Origin: Nitrosospira multiformis ATCC 25196
GTDB lineage: Bacteria; Pseudomonadota; Gammaproteobacteria; Burkholderiales; Nitrosomonadaceae
Direction: 5' to 3'
Assembly (NCBI RefSeq): GCF_000196355.1
Contig: NC_007614.1
Location: forward strand, 990,001 to 1,022,000
DNA length: 32,000 bases
Made by a program: the position numbers and the translations under genes. The notes under the pieces are model-generated. The model was not told the DNA's origin, made no database searches, and worked only from the letters and a program-made list of their open reading frames with translations. Shown here one piece after another: positions 8,544 to 18,575 of this stretch (its first letter is position 1; every line of letters begins with the position of its first letter).

Positions 8544-9158
8544 ATGCCTGCCAATCCGGCCAAGCGTGCAATAATCCTGATCAGCCTGGTCAGTGGCTTG
8601 GCCGGTTGCGCCGTTTTCTCTCCCCGCTATCAGATCACCCATCGATACGAGCCGCCAACCGATCCGGCAGGCACCGTTTGTCTCGAAAAATGCCCGCAAA
8701 AGCTGGAGATGTGCCAGCAAAGCTGTCAATCGGCATATCAGGCCTGCCTGAAGCGCATCGAACCCCTGGCGGAAGAGAGATATAGAAAAGCGGTCGAGCG
8801 TTACGACAATGAGCTTGATACCTATCGCCGGCGGATGCAGTCCGGATACCCCGGCTGGGGCCGCGCCACGCTGGGCTGGGGTTGGGGTGGCTATCCTTGG
8901 GGTTGGGGTGGCTATCCCTGGGGTTGGGGTTCGCCATGGGGCTGGGGAGGGGGGCCTTATTATGGGCTGGGCTACTCGTCTCCTTTTTTCTATGAACCAC
9001 CACCCGCCAGGCCGAATCGCATGCGGGAATTTGATAGGCTGCGCTACCAGCAATGTGAAGTGGAATGCGGGTGCCAGTTCGTGCAGGATGCGTGCTTTCT
9101 GGGCTGCGGCGGCAGGAAAATCATAGAAGAGAGGTGTATAGCAAACTGTCCAAAGTGA
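8544..9158 (+). CDS. Cys-rich lipoprotein with a Gly-Trp tandem repeat (204 aa), unknown function
   Basis: The first in-frame ATG is at 8544 (the track start 8508 is TTG), with GGAAG 4-5 nt upstream. Signal peptide plus lipobox: MPANPAKRAIILISLVSGLAG|C. The mature part contains CLEKC...CQQSC...C, then GWGWGGYPWGWGGYPWGWGSPWGWGGGPYYGLGY, then CEVECGC...C...C...C...C. Confidence 0.75.
   Translation: MPANPAKRAIILISLVSGLAGCAVFSPRYQITHRYEPPTDPAGTVCLEKCPQKLEMCQQSCQSAYQACLKRIEPLAEERYRKAVERYDNELDTYRRRMQSGYPGWGRATLGWGWGGYPWGWGGYPWGWGSPWGWGGGPYYGLGYSSPFFYEPPPARPNRMREFDRLRYQQCEVECGCQFVQDACFLGCGGRKIIEERCIANCPK
8880..8939 (+). repeat. 21-bp in-frame tandem repeat (GGTTGGGGTGGCTATCCYTGG x2 plus a degenerate 18-bp third unit)
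   Basis: Units 8880-8900 and 8901-8921 differ at one synonymous position (CCT/CCC). Unit 8922-8939 keeps the GGTTGGGGT...TGG frame. They encode GWGGYPW, GWGGYPW and GWGSPW. Confidence 0.9.
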
Positions 9159-9254
9159 AAAACTGCCTCGGGAGGGGCAGAGCCTTCACCGGCAGGGGTA
9201 CAGCGGGAAGAGTTTGAGACTGCAGCCCAACCGCTGACCCGGCTTTCATCCCCT

Positions 9255-10094
9255 CTATTCCTTTTTCGGGGTGATTTCGAGGTTATCGATGAGCCGGGTT
9301 TCACCCAGGCGGGCTGCTCCCAGCACCACCATATTCCCATCCCTGGGCTGGGCTGGCGCCAGGGTATCTCTCTCGCGTATCGAGACGTAGTCGGTGTTCC
9401 AGCCGTGGGTGGCAAGAATTTTCATCGCGTTTTCCTCTAGTCCGGCAAAATTGCGATTGCCGCCTTCTATCTCCCGCTTGACTTGCGACAGCACCTGATA
9501 CAGCCGGATTGCCTCGGCGCGCTCCTCCTCACGAAGGTAGCGGTTACGCGAGCTCAATGCCAGGTTGTCCGAGGCGCGAACTGTTTCCCCGGCAACGATC
9601 TCTATGGGTAAATTAAACTGCCGCGCCAGTTCGCGTACAATATGCAATTGCTGATAATCCTTTTTTCCGAATACCGCGGTCTGCGGCTGCACGATATTGA
9701 AGAGCTTTAGCACGACAGTTGCCACGCCCCGAAAAAAGCCGGGCCGGTACTTCCCTTCCAGCATGTTTGCGATGGGGGAGGGTTCCACCATGAATTCTTG
9801 CGGCACGGGATAAAGGGTTTTTTCTTCCGGCGCGAACACGATGTGAACGCCCTGCTCTTCGAGAAGCGCGCAGTCCTGCTCCAGCGTGCGGGGATAGCGG
9901 TCAAAATCCTCGGTGGGGGCAAACTGCAGGCGATTTACAAAAATACTTGCGATTACGCATTCCCGATGTTGCCGGGCGGCCCGAATCAGGGACAAGTGTC
10001 CCTCGTGCAATCCGCCCATCGTCGGCACGAAGGCGATGGAGGATTCGCCCACGAGGCGGGTTCGCAGCGGTGAGATATCCGTGATGACGTCCAA
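9255..10094 (-). CDS. panC: Pantoate--beta-alanine ligase
   Basis: FVPTMGGLHEGHLSLI (HIGH-like motif) and overall PanC-like sequence. It lies immediately downstream of panB. The only start codon near the N-terminus is TTG at 10094, and there is no in-frame ATG before the PTMGG motif. Confidence 0.9.
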   Translation of the reverse strand: MDVITDISPLRTRLVGESSIAFVPTMGGLHEGHLSLIRAARQHRECVIASIFVNRLQFAPTEDFDRYPRTLEQDCALLEEQGVHIVFAPEEKTLYPVPQEFMVEPSPIANMLEGKYRPGFFRGVATVVLKLFNIVQPQTAVFGKKDYQQLHIVRELARQFNLPIEIVAGETVRASDNLALSSRNRYLREEERAEAIRLYQVLSQVKREIEGGNRNFAGLEENAMKILATHGWNTDYVSIRERDTLAPAQPRDGNMVVLGAARLGETRLIDNLEITPKKE

Positions 10095-10107
10095 CTTGGA
10101 TCGGTAG

Positions 10108-10899
10108 TCAGAATGTATGCTCGGGCCCAGGAAATTCCCCGGTTTTGACCGCCCTGGTATAGTTTTGCACAGCCTCCTCGATGCTGCCCGCGCCCGTGAG
10201 GAAATTCTTCATGAACCTGGCCTTTTTGCCTGAATAAATGCCCAGCATGTCGTACAGCACCAGTACCTGCGCCGAACAATCCTTCCCGGCGCCGATGCCG
10301 ATGGTAGGAATGGAGAGCGTTCGGGTAACCTGCGCTGCAAGGGCGGCAGGCACGACTTCCATCAAAAGCATTCCCGCTCCGGCCTGTTCGAGCGCTACCG
10401 CATCCTCCAGCAACTGCTCGGCTTCATAGTCGGTCTTTCCCTGCACCTTGTAGCCCCCCAACTGGTTTACCGACTGGGGCGTGAGGCCAATGTGCGCGCA
10501 GACGGGAATGCCGCGCTGCGTCAGGAACTCCACGGTTTCGGCCATGACGGAACCGCCTTCGATCTTGACCATGTTGGCGCCTGCTGCCATGAGTTCGGCT
10601 GCATTGCGGAAGGTTTCTTCGGGACTCACCTGCGAGGTGCCGAAAGGCATGTCCGTCATGATGAAAGCCGTGCTTGCGCCGCGTTTCACGCAAAGTGTAT
10701 GGTAGATCATGTCATCCAGAGTAACCGGGAGGGTAGTCTCTTCACCCTGGATCACATTTCCCAGTGAATCCCCCACCAGCAGGATATCGACGCCTGCTCT
10801 TTCCAGCAATGCCGCAAAACTTGCGTCGTAGCAGGTGACGATGGCGATTTTCTCTCCATCATCCCGCATTTTTTGAAAGACATCTTGTGTGATACGCAT
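10108..10899 (-). CDS. panB: 3-methyl-2-oxobutanoate hydroxymethyltransferase
   Basis: ATG 10899 has AGGAG upstream. The stretches [38 protein letters not shown] and IGLTPQS are typical PanB sequence. Confidence 0.95.
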   Translation of the reverse strand: MRITQDVFQKMRDDGEKIAIVTCYDASFAALLERAGVDILLVGDSLGNVIQGEETTLPVTLDDMIYHTLCVKRGASTAFIMTDMPFGTSQVSPEETFRNAAELMAAGANMVKIEGGSVMAETVEFLTQRGIPVCAHIGLTPQSVNQLGGYKVQGKTDYEAEQLLEDAVALEQAGAGMLLMEVVPAALAAQVTRTLSIPTIGIGAGKDCSAQVLVLYDMLGIYSGKKARFMKNFLTGAGSIEEAVQNYTRAVKTGEFPGPEHTF

Positions 10900-10970
10900 G
10901 GTTCAGCTCCTGGTTGCATGTATCGGATAGATCATCCCACCCATTTTCGGGTTCCTGTTTTCCGGTTTGC

Positions 10971-11612
10971 TCATCTTTCGAAATTGAAATATTCCCTCGG
11001 GCCGCGCATTTGCTCGACCTGCCTCAGCAGTAATGCGAAATCTTCTTCGCTCTCAACGAAATTGAGATGCTCACTGTTGATGATCAGAAGCGGGGCATCC
11101 TCATAGTGATGGAAGAAGCGCGCATAGCTGTCGGCCAATCGCCACAAATACGTTTCGGAAATGTTTTTTTCATAGGAACTGCCGCGGCGCTTCACCCGCT
11201 CCGCCAGCGTGGCGGGTGAAGCTTGCAGATAGATCACGAGGTCGGGGGTGAAAGCTTCGGGTTGCAGATGGCGATAGATTTTTCGGTACAGCTCGTATTC
11301 TGCGTTGTTGAGCGTCAGTCCCGCAAACAGCGGGTCCTTATCCAGCAGGAAGTCGCTTATGGTCGTTTTCGTAAACAGGTCGATCTGCGTCAGGTCCTGC
11401 AACTGGTTGGCACGCTGAAACAGAAAAAACAGTTGAGTAGGGAGCGCATAGCGGCGGATATCCTCGTAGAACTTGCCGAGAAACGGATTTTCCTCGGGTT
11501 TTTCCAGCAGGAGCTGTCCACCCGCATACTCCGCCATTCGTCGCGCCAGGCTGGTTTTTCCCACGCCGATGGGGCCTTCCACCGCGATGTGGCGATATTC
11601 CTCAAGTTTCAC
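10971..11612 (-). CDS. Deoxynucleoside kinase family protein (213 aa)
   Basis: P-loop VEGPIGVGKTSLA and a lid-like ERVKRRGSSYE, with dNK-like spacing. The GTG start at 11612 overlaps the folK stop (GTGA). Confidence 0.8.
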   Translation of the reverse strand: MKLEEYRHIAVEGPIGVGKTSLARRMAEYAGGQLLLEKPEENPFLGKFYEDIRRYALPTQLFFLFQRANQLQDLTQIDLFTKTTISDFLLDKDPLFAGLTLNNAEYELYRKIYRHLQPEAFTPDLVIYLQASPATLAERVKRRGSSYEKNISETYLWRLADSYARFFHHYEDAPLLIINSEHLNFVESEEDFALLLRQVEQMRGPREYFNFER

Positions 11613-12121
11613 GTGTCCAGCTCGCGTTCCAGCCGCTGTCCCTTACAGGCAGCAAGCAATTCCCTTATGTTGTCGTGTCCCGGTATGCTGCTGATCGACG
11701 CAATTTCGAGCAGGGGCTGCAATACGAATGCCCGTTCGTGCATCCTCGGATGAGGCAGAATCAGGCTATCCTCATTCAGTTGCAGGTCATCGTACAGCAG
11801 CAAGTCGAGATCGAGTGTGCGCGGCGCATTGAGATACTCGCGCATCCGCCCGTGCTTTTGCTCGATCCCGAGCAGGGCTTTCAGCAGATCCCGGGGTGGC
11901 AGGGCGGTTTCGATATGCGCGACTGCGTTGATGAAATCAGGCTGGTCCAGGCGTCCCATCGGGGCGCTGCGGTAGAGCGAAGAACGCGCCTGCAAGCGCG
12001 TAAAAGGAAGCTCACCCAGTTCTTCAAACGCTTTTTGCACATGCGCTACAGGTTCATCCAGATTACTACCCAATCCGATATACGCATGCGAGGCGATTCG
12101 AACGTCGTCAGCCCCGTTCAT
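11609..12121 (-). CDS. folK: 2-amino-4-hydroxy-6-hydroxymethyldihydropteridine diphosphokinase
   Basis: AYIGLGSNL, SSLYRSAPMG, QPDFINAV, PRTLDLDLLLY and LILPHPRMHERAFVLQPL are canonical HPPK motifs. ATG 12121 overlaps the pcnB stop (ATGA). Confidence 0.92.
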   Translation of the reverse strand: MNGADDVRIASHAYIGLGSNLDEPVAHVQKAFEELGELPFTRLQARSSLYRSAPMGRLDQPDFINAVAHIETALPPRDLLKALLGIEQKHGRMREYLNAPRTLDLDLLLYDDLQLNEDSLILPHPRMHERAFVLQPLLEIASISSIPGHDNIRELLAACKGQRLERELDT

Positions 12122-13533
12122 GGGGCAGAACCATCCTGCTTCCCGGATACTCCGCGGTCGCTCTCGCCTGCAGGGAGAATGCCCGATTTTTTACGGCCAC
12201 GGTTTCTCCTGCGTCTCTTCTGGCCCTCATCGCTGATCAGCATGGCTTCACGTTCGCGGGAACTTGCATGCTGGAATGCTTCCCACCATTTGCCCAGTTC
12301 CTCATCCACTTCGCCGCTTTCGCAACGTAATAGCATGAAGTCGTAGGCAGCGCGAAAGCGGGGATTTTCAAGGAGCCGGAACGGTCTGCTCCCGGAGCGG
12401 TGGGCAAAGCGCGGCTGCATCATCCAGATTTCCTTCATGATGGCATCGTACCTGCGTGGAATTGCCAGGTTCTTGTCCTGTGCGGCCAGCACGTCGTTCA
12501 TTGCCAGGTGCAGGGCGGGAACCGGTCTTTCCCCCGTCGCCTGGTAAGCATTCCAGGATGCGAGCACCTCGTGCCATAACAGGGCGGCAAACAGGAATCC
12601 CGGCGATACAGGCTTTTCCTGCCGCACGCGCTCATCCGTATTTTTGAGCGCGAGCGTGATAAAGCGCTTGCCCAGCGGTTGTTCCCGTATCACATCCAGC
12701 ATGGGAAGCAGGCCGTGGTGCAATCCTCGTTTCTGCAAATCGGTCACGCAGGCCAGCGCATGGCCGGATAGCAGCAATTTCAGCATTTCATCGAACAGCC
12801 GCGAGGGCGGCACATGCAGCAGCAGGGGGGCCAGTTCGCTGATAGGAGCGGCCGTGTCGGGATCGATTTCCATGCCGAGCTTGGCGCCCAGCCGTACCAC
12901 CCGCAGCATACGTACGGGATCTTCGCGGTATCTCCGTACCGGATCTCCGATGATGCGCAGGCGGCGTGCCTTCAAGTCCTCATAGCCGTTCAGATAGTCC
13001 CAGATTTCCTCGTGGACGGGATCGAAGAACAGCGCATTCACTGTGAAGTCCCGCCGTCTCGCATCCTCCTCCTGACTGCCGAATACGTTATCGCGCAAGA
13101 GGCGCCCGTGCTCGTCCGCATGCTCGTCGGCACCCAGCCCGCCTGTCTCTCCCGATGGGCCGCCGCGGAAGGTGGAAACCTCCACGGTTTCCGCTCCCCA
13201 CATGACATGCACCAGCCGGAAACGGCGGCCAATGATGCGCGAGCGCCGGAAAACAGCGCGTACTTCCTCCGGTGTGGCATTCGTGGCGACGTCAAAATCC
13301 TTTGGCTCCAATCCCAGCACCAGGTCGCGCGCGGCACCGCCCACAATGAAAGCGGAATATCCCGCTTCCTGCAGGCCTGAGGTAACTTTGAGCGCACCGG
13401 AGCTGATGTGATCGCGCCTGATGCCATGCTGGTCGCGCGTAATGATATGCGGCTTCGTGGAGGAAGTGCGGGCAGAAGGGAGGGAAGCGGATGTGTTGCG
13501 CTTGAAGACGCGATCGATAAGTTTACGAATCAT
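12118..13533 (-). CDS. pcnB: Poly(A) polymerase I
   Basis: Nucleotidyltransferase core FIVGGAARDLVLGLEPKDFDVAT and RIIGRRFRLVHV, with a basic C-terminal tail (KRRRRNRGRKK). The adjacency to folK matches E. coli. Confidence 0.92.
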   Translation of the reverse strand: MIRKLIDRVFKRNTSASLPSARTSSTKPHIITRDQHGIRRDHISSGALKVTSGLQEAGYSAFIVGGAARDLVLGLEPKDFDVATNATPEEVRAVFRRSRIIGRRFRLVHVMWGAETVEVSTFRGGPSGETGGLGADEHADEHGRLLRDNVFGSQEEDARRRDFTVNALFFDPVHEEIWDYLNGYEDLKARRLRIIGDPVRRYREDPVRMLRVVRLGAKLGMEIDPDTAAPISELAPLLLHVPPSRLFDEMLKLLLSGHALACVTDLQKRGLHHGLLPMLDVIREQPLGKRFITLALKNTDERVRQEKPVSPGFLFAALLWHEVLASWNAYQATGERPVPALHLAMNDVLAAQDKNLAIPRRYDAIMKEIWMMQPRFAHRSGSRPFRLLENPRFRAAYDFMLLRCESGEVDEELGKWWEAFQHASSREREAMLISDEGQKRRRRNRGRKKSGILPAGESDRGVSGKQDGSAP

Positions 13534-13697
13534 TGTGAATACAGATGAACAAGCTCCGGGATTCCGTCATCCCGTGCGGCGAACTCATCCAAAAGGGGAA
13601 GATCAAGTGAGGGCAAACAGCCACTGCCGTCCACGACCCTTGCTGGAAAAAGCGCGGAAGAATTGCTGCTGAGAAAAAGTATGCCTGAAATTCCAGA

Positions 13698-14495
13698 TTA
13701 TACACTCGGCACCGCTTGCGGGAAGAAATGGTGCTGCCTGCCTGCGATGAACTCCTCCAGATTACAGTGATAAAGCGCTTCAAGATTATCGCGCTTGAGC
13801 ACCTCGTCTATACTGCCGCTCATGGCATGGCCGTCGTCGAACAACAGCAATGCGTGGTTGCAGAATTTCACTGCCCAGCCTATATCGTGCAGCACCATTG
13901 CGATGGAACTGCCTCGCTTCGCCAATTCGCTGAACAGGATCATGGTCCCGAGTTGATGGCGCAGATCGAGGTGTTGCAAGGGCTCATCCAGCAGATAGCA
14001 TTTGGGCGACTGGGCAAGCAGCAGGGCGATACGCGCGCGCTGGCGCTCGCCGCCGGAAAGCGTGACCAGTAGACGGTCGGCAAGGCCGGCCAGTTCCATT
14101 TGCTCGATAGCGCGAGCTGTCATCTCGAGGTCGACCGCCTGCCAGCCGACCAGGCTGGCTGCATGAGGATGCCGGCCGAGCAGCACGTATTCATGCACGG
14201 TACCCCAGAACTCGCCGGGCTCATCCTGCAACAGAATGCCGAGATTGCGGGCAAGCTCCCGCCGGGACCACTGCCCAAGCGCCTTCCCCGCCATGGTTAC
14301 GGACGGATCCTGCCCCGCATCCTGTCCCCCCTTCGGCGGGTGCAGCCCCCCCAGGGCATGTATCAAGGTCGTCTTGCCGCAGCCGTTCCGGCCCAATATT
14401 GCCCAGCATTCCCCCGGGTTGACGGTCAGGTTCAAGTCGCGGCACAGGATCGTGCCAGGATGCTGCAGGGTCAGATTTCTTGTTTGTAGAATCAT
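13698..14495 (-). CDS. ABC transporter ATP-binding protein, FepC/BtuD-like, with no adjacent permease or binding protein
   Basis: Walker A GRNGCGKTT, signature LSGGERQR, Walker B YLLDEP and H-loop VLHD. A C-terminal LEALY-type tail resembles iron-chelate/cobalamin importer ATPases. Confidence 0.85.
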   Translation of the reverse strand: MILQTRNLTLQHPGTILCRDLNLTVNPGECWAILGRNGCGKTTLIHALGGLHPPKGGQDAGQDPSVTMAGKALGQWSRRELARNLGILLQDEPGEFWGTVHEYVLLGRHPHAASLVGWQAVDLEMTARAIEQMELAGLADRLLVTLSGGERQRARIALLLAQSPKCYLLDEPLQHLDLRHQLGTMILFSELAKRGSSIAMVLHDIGWAVKFCNHALLLFDDGHAMSGSIDEVLKRDNLEALYHCNLEEFIAGRQHHFFPQAVPSV

Positions 14496-14545
14496 TCACG
14501 AACTCGAAAAATCCGCGATGAAGAACCGCATCCAGATCATTCTTT

Positions 14546-16624
14546 TTATGCCCTCAGGTATTCGCTTTTCCTTCCCAGCCAGCGATGGAGATGGCGTTTC
14601 GCCGCTTCCGGATAATCACGCAGCAATTCCACGGCGATCGTCCGTGCCGTATCGAGCAGGTCTTTATCCCGTTCCAGATCAGCGAAGCGCAGCATGGGCA
14701 GGCCGCTCTGACGCGCACCCAGGAATTCGCCGGGCCCCCGCAGTTGCAGATCCTGGCGGGCTATTTCAAAGCCATCCGTGTTTTCAAAAATAATCTTGAG
14801 CCGCTCGCGCGCGTTTGGGGAGAGAGGGGGCTGATACATCAATATGCATACGCTACCGGCCGCCCCTCGTCCGATCCGTCCGCGTAGTTGGTGCAGTTGC
14901 GCAAGGCCCATGCGTTCTGCATGCTCGATCACCATCAGTGACGCATTGGGCACATCCACGCCCACTTCGATCACTGTTGTCGCTACGAGGAGATGGATTT
15001 CACCTCGCGCAAATGCTTCCATCACATCGGATTTCTCCTGAAATGAAAGCCTGCCATGCACCAGGCCGATTCTCAATTCCGGAAAAGTCCCGGTCAGCCC
15101 CTGGTGGGTTTCCAGCGCGGTCTTGAGCTGCAATGCCTCAGACTCCTGGATCAACGGACATACCCAGTAGGCCTGCTTTCCCTCACGGCAGGCTTCCCGT
15201 ACGCGCGCCGTTACCTCGTCGCGACGGGCGTCGGCGACAAGCTTGGTTACCACCGGTGCGCGTCCGGGCGGCATTTCGTCTATTACGGACACATCCAGAT
15301 CAGCGTAATAGCTCATCGAAAGGGTGCGTGGAATGGGTGTTGCGCTCATCATCAACTGATGTGGCATGGCGTACGCTCCGGCTCCTTTTTCTCGCAATGC
15401 CAGCCGCTGGTGAACACCAAAGCGATGTTGTTCGTCAATAACCACAAGTCCCAGCCTGTCAAACTCCACTTGGTTCTGGAACAATGCATGTGTCCCGATG
15501 GCAAGCAGGGCGTTGCCGGCAGCAATATCGGCAAGCGTGGTTTCCCGTTCCTTCTTTTTCTGATTGCCGCCGAGCCACGCAATCCGCAGCCCACGCGGCT
15601 CCAGCAGGGGGGCAAGCCATGTGGAGAGTTTCCGATAATGCTGCTCCGCAAGAATCTCGGTCGGCGCCATCAGTGCTGCCTGAAAATTATTTTCAATCGA
15701 TTGCAGCACAGCCAGTGTGGCAACGATCGTTTTGCCGCTCCCCACGTCACCCTGCAACAGGCGTTGCATGGGATGGGGCTCCGTCAGATCGCGGCTGATT
15801 TCGGCGAAAGCCTTCTTCTGGGCTTGAGTGAGATCGAAAGGCAGCAACTTCAGCAGCGCTCTGGTCAAATCGTTTTTTGCTATCAAAACAGGGGCGCTGC
15901 CGTTGCGCCGCTGCTGATAATGGACCCGCATCGACAATTGCTGCGCCAGCAATTCATCGAATTTGATCCGCTGCCAAGCGGGATGAGTGCGCTCCCGCAA
16001 TAGAGCAGGCGACGCATTTGGTGGGGGTTGGTGCAGGAATAGCACACTGTCCTTGAAACCCTGAAGCTGGCAGCGTTTGCGTATGGACTCTGGCAGCGTT
16101 TCGCAGAGAGTTCCCTCCTGGTTTCCGCCCTCTCCTGTTTGCAGGACCCGGGAAATCAGTTTGCGCAGTGCTTCGGAAGGAAGTCCCGCCGTAGAGGGGT
16201 AAATCGGAGTGAGAGCGTCCGGCAGGGGTTCATTCCCGCGCAAAATCCGGCATTTGGGATGAACCATTTCAACACCGAAAAAGCCGGGACGGGCCTCTCC
16301 CAGCAAGCGCACCCGCGTACCCACTGAATATGCTTTTATCTGACTCCCGTAAAAATTCAGGAAGCGCATGAACAAAACACCTGTTCCATCCTCCACCTGG
16401 CATACCAATTGCCGCCGTGGCCGGTACATGACTTCGCTTCGGATGATCGTGCCTTCGACCTGCACTGTTCGATCCGCAGGTACATCACTGATGGGGTAGA
16501 GGTGCGTCTCGTCCTCATAGCGAAACGGCAAATGCAGTATCAGGCTTGAAGCATCGGTAATGCCGAGTTTGAGGAGCTTGTCCCTGATTGTCCCGCTGAT
16601 GGGAGAGGTGGCGAGCGACTGCAT
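14546..16624 (-). CDS. recG: ATP-dependent DNA helicase RecG
   Basis: 692 aa with an N-terminal wedge/OB region, helicase motifs GDVGSGKT, VIDEQHRFGV and MSATPIPRT, and QLHQLRGRIGRG. Confidence 0.95.
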   Translation of the reverse strand: MQSLATSPISGTIRDKLLKLGITDASSLILHLPFRYEDETHLYPISDVPADRTVQVEGTIIRSEVMYRPRRQLVCQVEDGTGVLFMRFLNFYGSQIKAYSVGTRVRLLGEARPGFFGVEMVHPKCRILRGNEPLPDALTPIYPSTAGLPSEALRKLISRVLQTGEGGNQEGTLCETLPESIRKRCQLQGFKDSVLFLHQPPPNASPALLRERTHPAWQRIKFDELLAQQLSMRVHYQQRRNGSAPVLIAKNDLTRALLKLLPFDLTQAQKKAFAEISRDLTEPHPMQRLLQGDVGSGKTIVATLAVLQSIENNFQAALMAPTEILAEQHYRKLSTWLAPLLEPRGLRIAWLGGNQKKKERETTLADIAAGNALLAIGTHALFQNQVEFDRLGLVVIDEQHRFGVHQRLALREKGAGAYAMPHQLMMSATPIPRTLSMSYYADLDVSVIDEMPPGRAPVVTKLVADARRDEVTARVREACREGKQAYWVCPLIQESEALQLKTALETHQGLTGTFPELRIGLVHGRLSFQEKSDVMEAFARGEIHLLVATTVIEVGVDVPNASLMVIEHAERMGLAQLHQLRGRIGRGAAGSVCILMYQPPLSPNARERLKIIFENTDGFEIARQDLQLRGPGEFLGARQSGLPMLRFADLERDKDLLDTARTIAVELLRDYPEAAKRHLHRWLGRKSEYLRA

Positions 16625-16683
16625 CCGTCGTGGAAATGCATCCTTTGGACTAGCGCGCGGGTTCCTGTATCACCCCTCAGTCC

Positions 16684-17073
16684 TCACGCGGGCACCACCA
16701 GCACCGCATCGATCTCCACCAGTGCGTTCCGCGGGAGCGCGGATACCCCGATGGCAGCGCGCGCAGGGTAGGGCGTGCTGAAATATTGCACCATGATTTC
16801 ATTCACCTTCTGGAAATTGGAAAGGTCCGTGAGATAGACGTTCAATTTGACGATATCCCTGAGGCTGCCCCCGCCGGCCGCTGCAACCGCCGTCAGGTTC
16901 TGGAATACCCGATGGATTTGATTCTCGATGCCTTCCACCATCTGCATGGTAGAGGGTTCGAGACCGATCTGACCGGAAATGTAGACCGTATCGCCCCCGC
17001 TGACGCGTATTCCCTGGGAATAAGTGCCGATAGCCTGCGGCGCATCCGTTGTATGTATCGTCTTTTTTTCCAT
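16684..17073 (-). CDS. ridA: RidA/YjgF-family reactive-intermediate deaminase
   Basis: 129 aa. [11 protein letters not shown]...YISGQIGL...[21 protein letters not shown] is typical YjgF/UK114 sequence. AAGGAG lies upstream of ATG 17073. Confidence 0.9.
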   Translation of the reverse strand: MEKKTIHTTDAPQAIGTYSQGIRVSGGDTVYISGQIGLEPSTMQMVEGIENQIHRVFQNLTAVAAAGGGSLRDIVKLNVYLTDLSNFQKVNEIMVQYFSTPYPARAAIGVSALPRNALVEIDAVLVVPA

Positions 17074-17153
17074 CTTGTCTCCTTTGGTTGATAATACGTT
17101 GACATAATAAGCCGAAATTTGAAACTACGGGTATCGTGTTTGCGATATGATGA

Positions 17154-18428
<1,275 letters not shown>

Positions 18429-18451
18429 GGTATTGCAACCAAACGAATTAT

Positions 18452-18478
18452 TTGAGCTATGCATCATGCTTAGCTCAA
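18452..18478 (+). terminator. Perfect 8-bp stem hairpin 24 nt after the murA stop (no U-tract)
   Basis: TTGAGCTA (18452-18459) pairs with TAGCTCAA (18471-18478) around an 11-nt loop. Confidence 0.3.
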
Positions 18479-18495
18479 TCCGGCCGAGGTCCTCA

Positions 18496-18532
18496 CTCCC
18501 CTCTCTCACTTGCGGAAGAGAGGTCGGGGGAG
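18496..18532. repeat. REP-like imperfect palindrome (CTCCCCTCTCT...AGAGAGGtcGGGGGAG)
   Basis: CCTCTCT (18500-18506) pairs with AGAGAGG (18517-18523) around a 10-nt loop, with C-rich and G-rich extensions. A purine tract follows (GGGGGAGAATAAAAAATTGGGGGAAAGGGGAAAAAAAGAG). The motif type matches the element at 19917-19943. Confidence 0.5.
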
Positions 18533-18575
18533 AATAAAAAATTGGGGGAAAGGGGAAAAAAAGAGCAGGTGTGCT

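Noticed and set aside
8496-9053. 185-aa minus-strand ORF with the repeat TPTPGIATPTPRIATPTP (and a 122-aa sibling with PNPRDSHPNPKDSHPNP)
   Set aside because: These are mirror images of the GW repeat. The plus-strand reading is preferred because it has an SD, a signal peptide with a lipobox and an ordered Cys pattern. The minus-strand ORFs have none of these. Direct evidence (proteomics) would still be welcome.
15056-16003. 315-aa plus-strand ORF
   Set aside because: It is antisense to recG (helicase motifs are on the minus strand), with no recognisable domain and odd composition.
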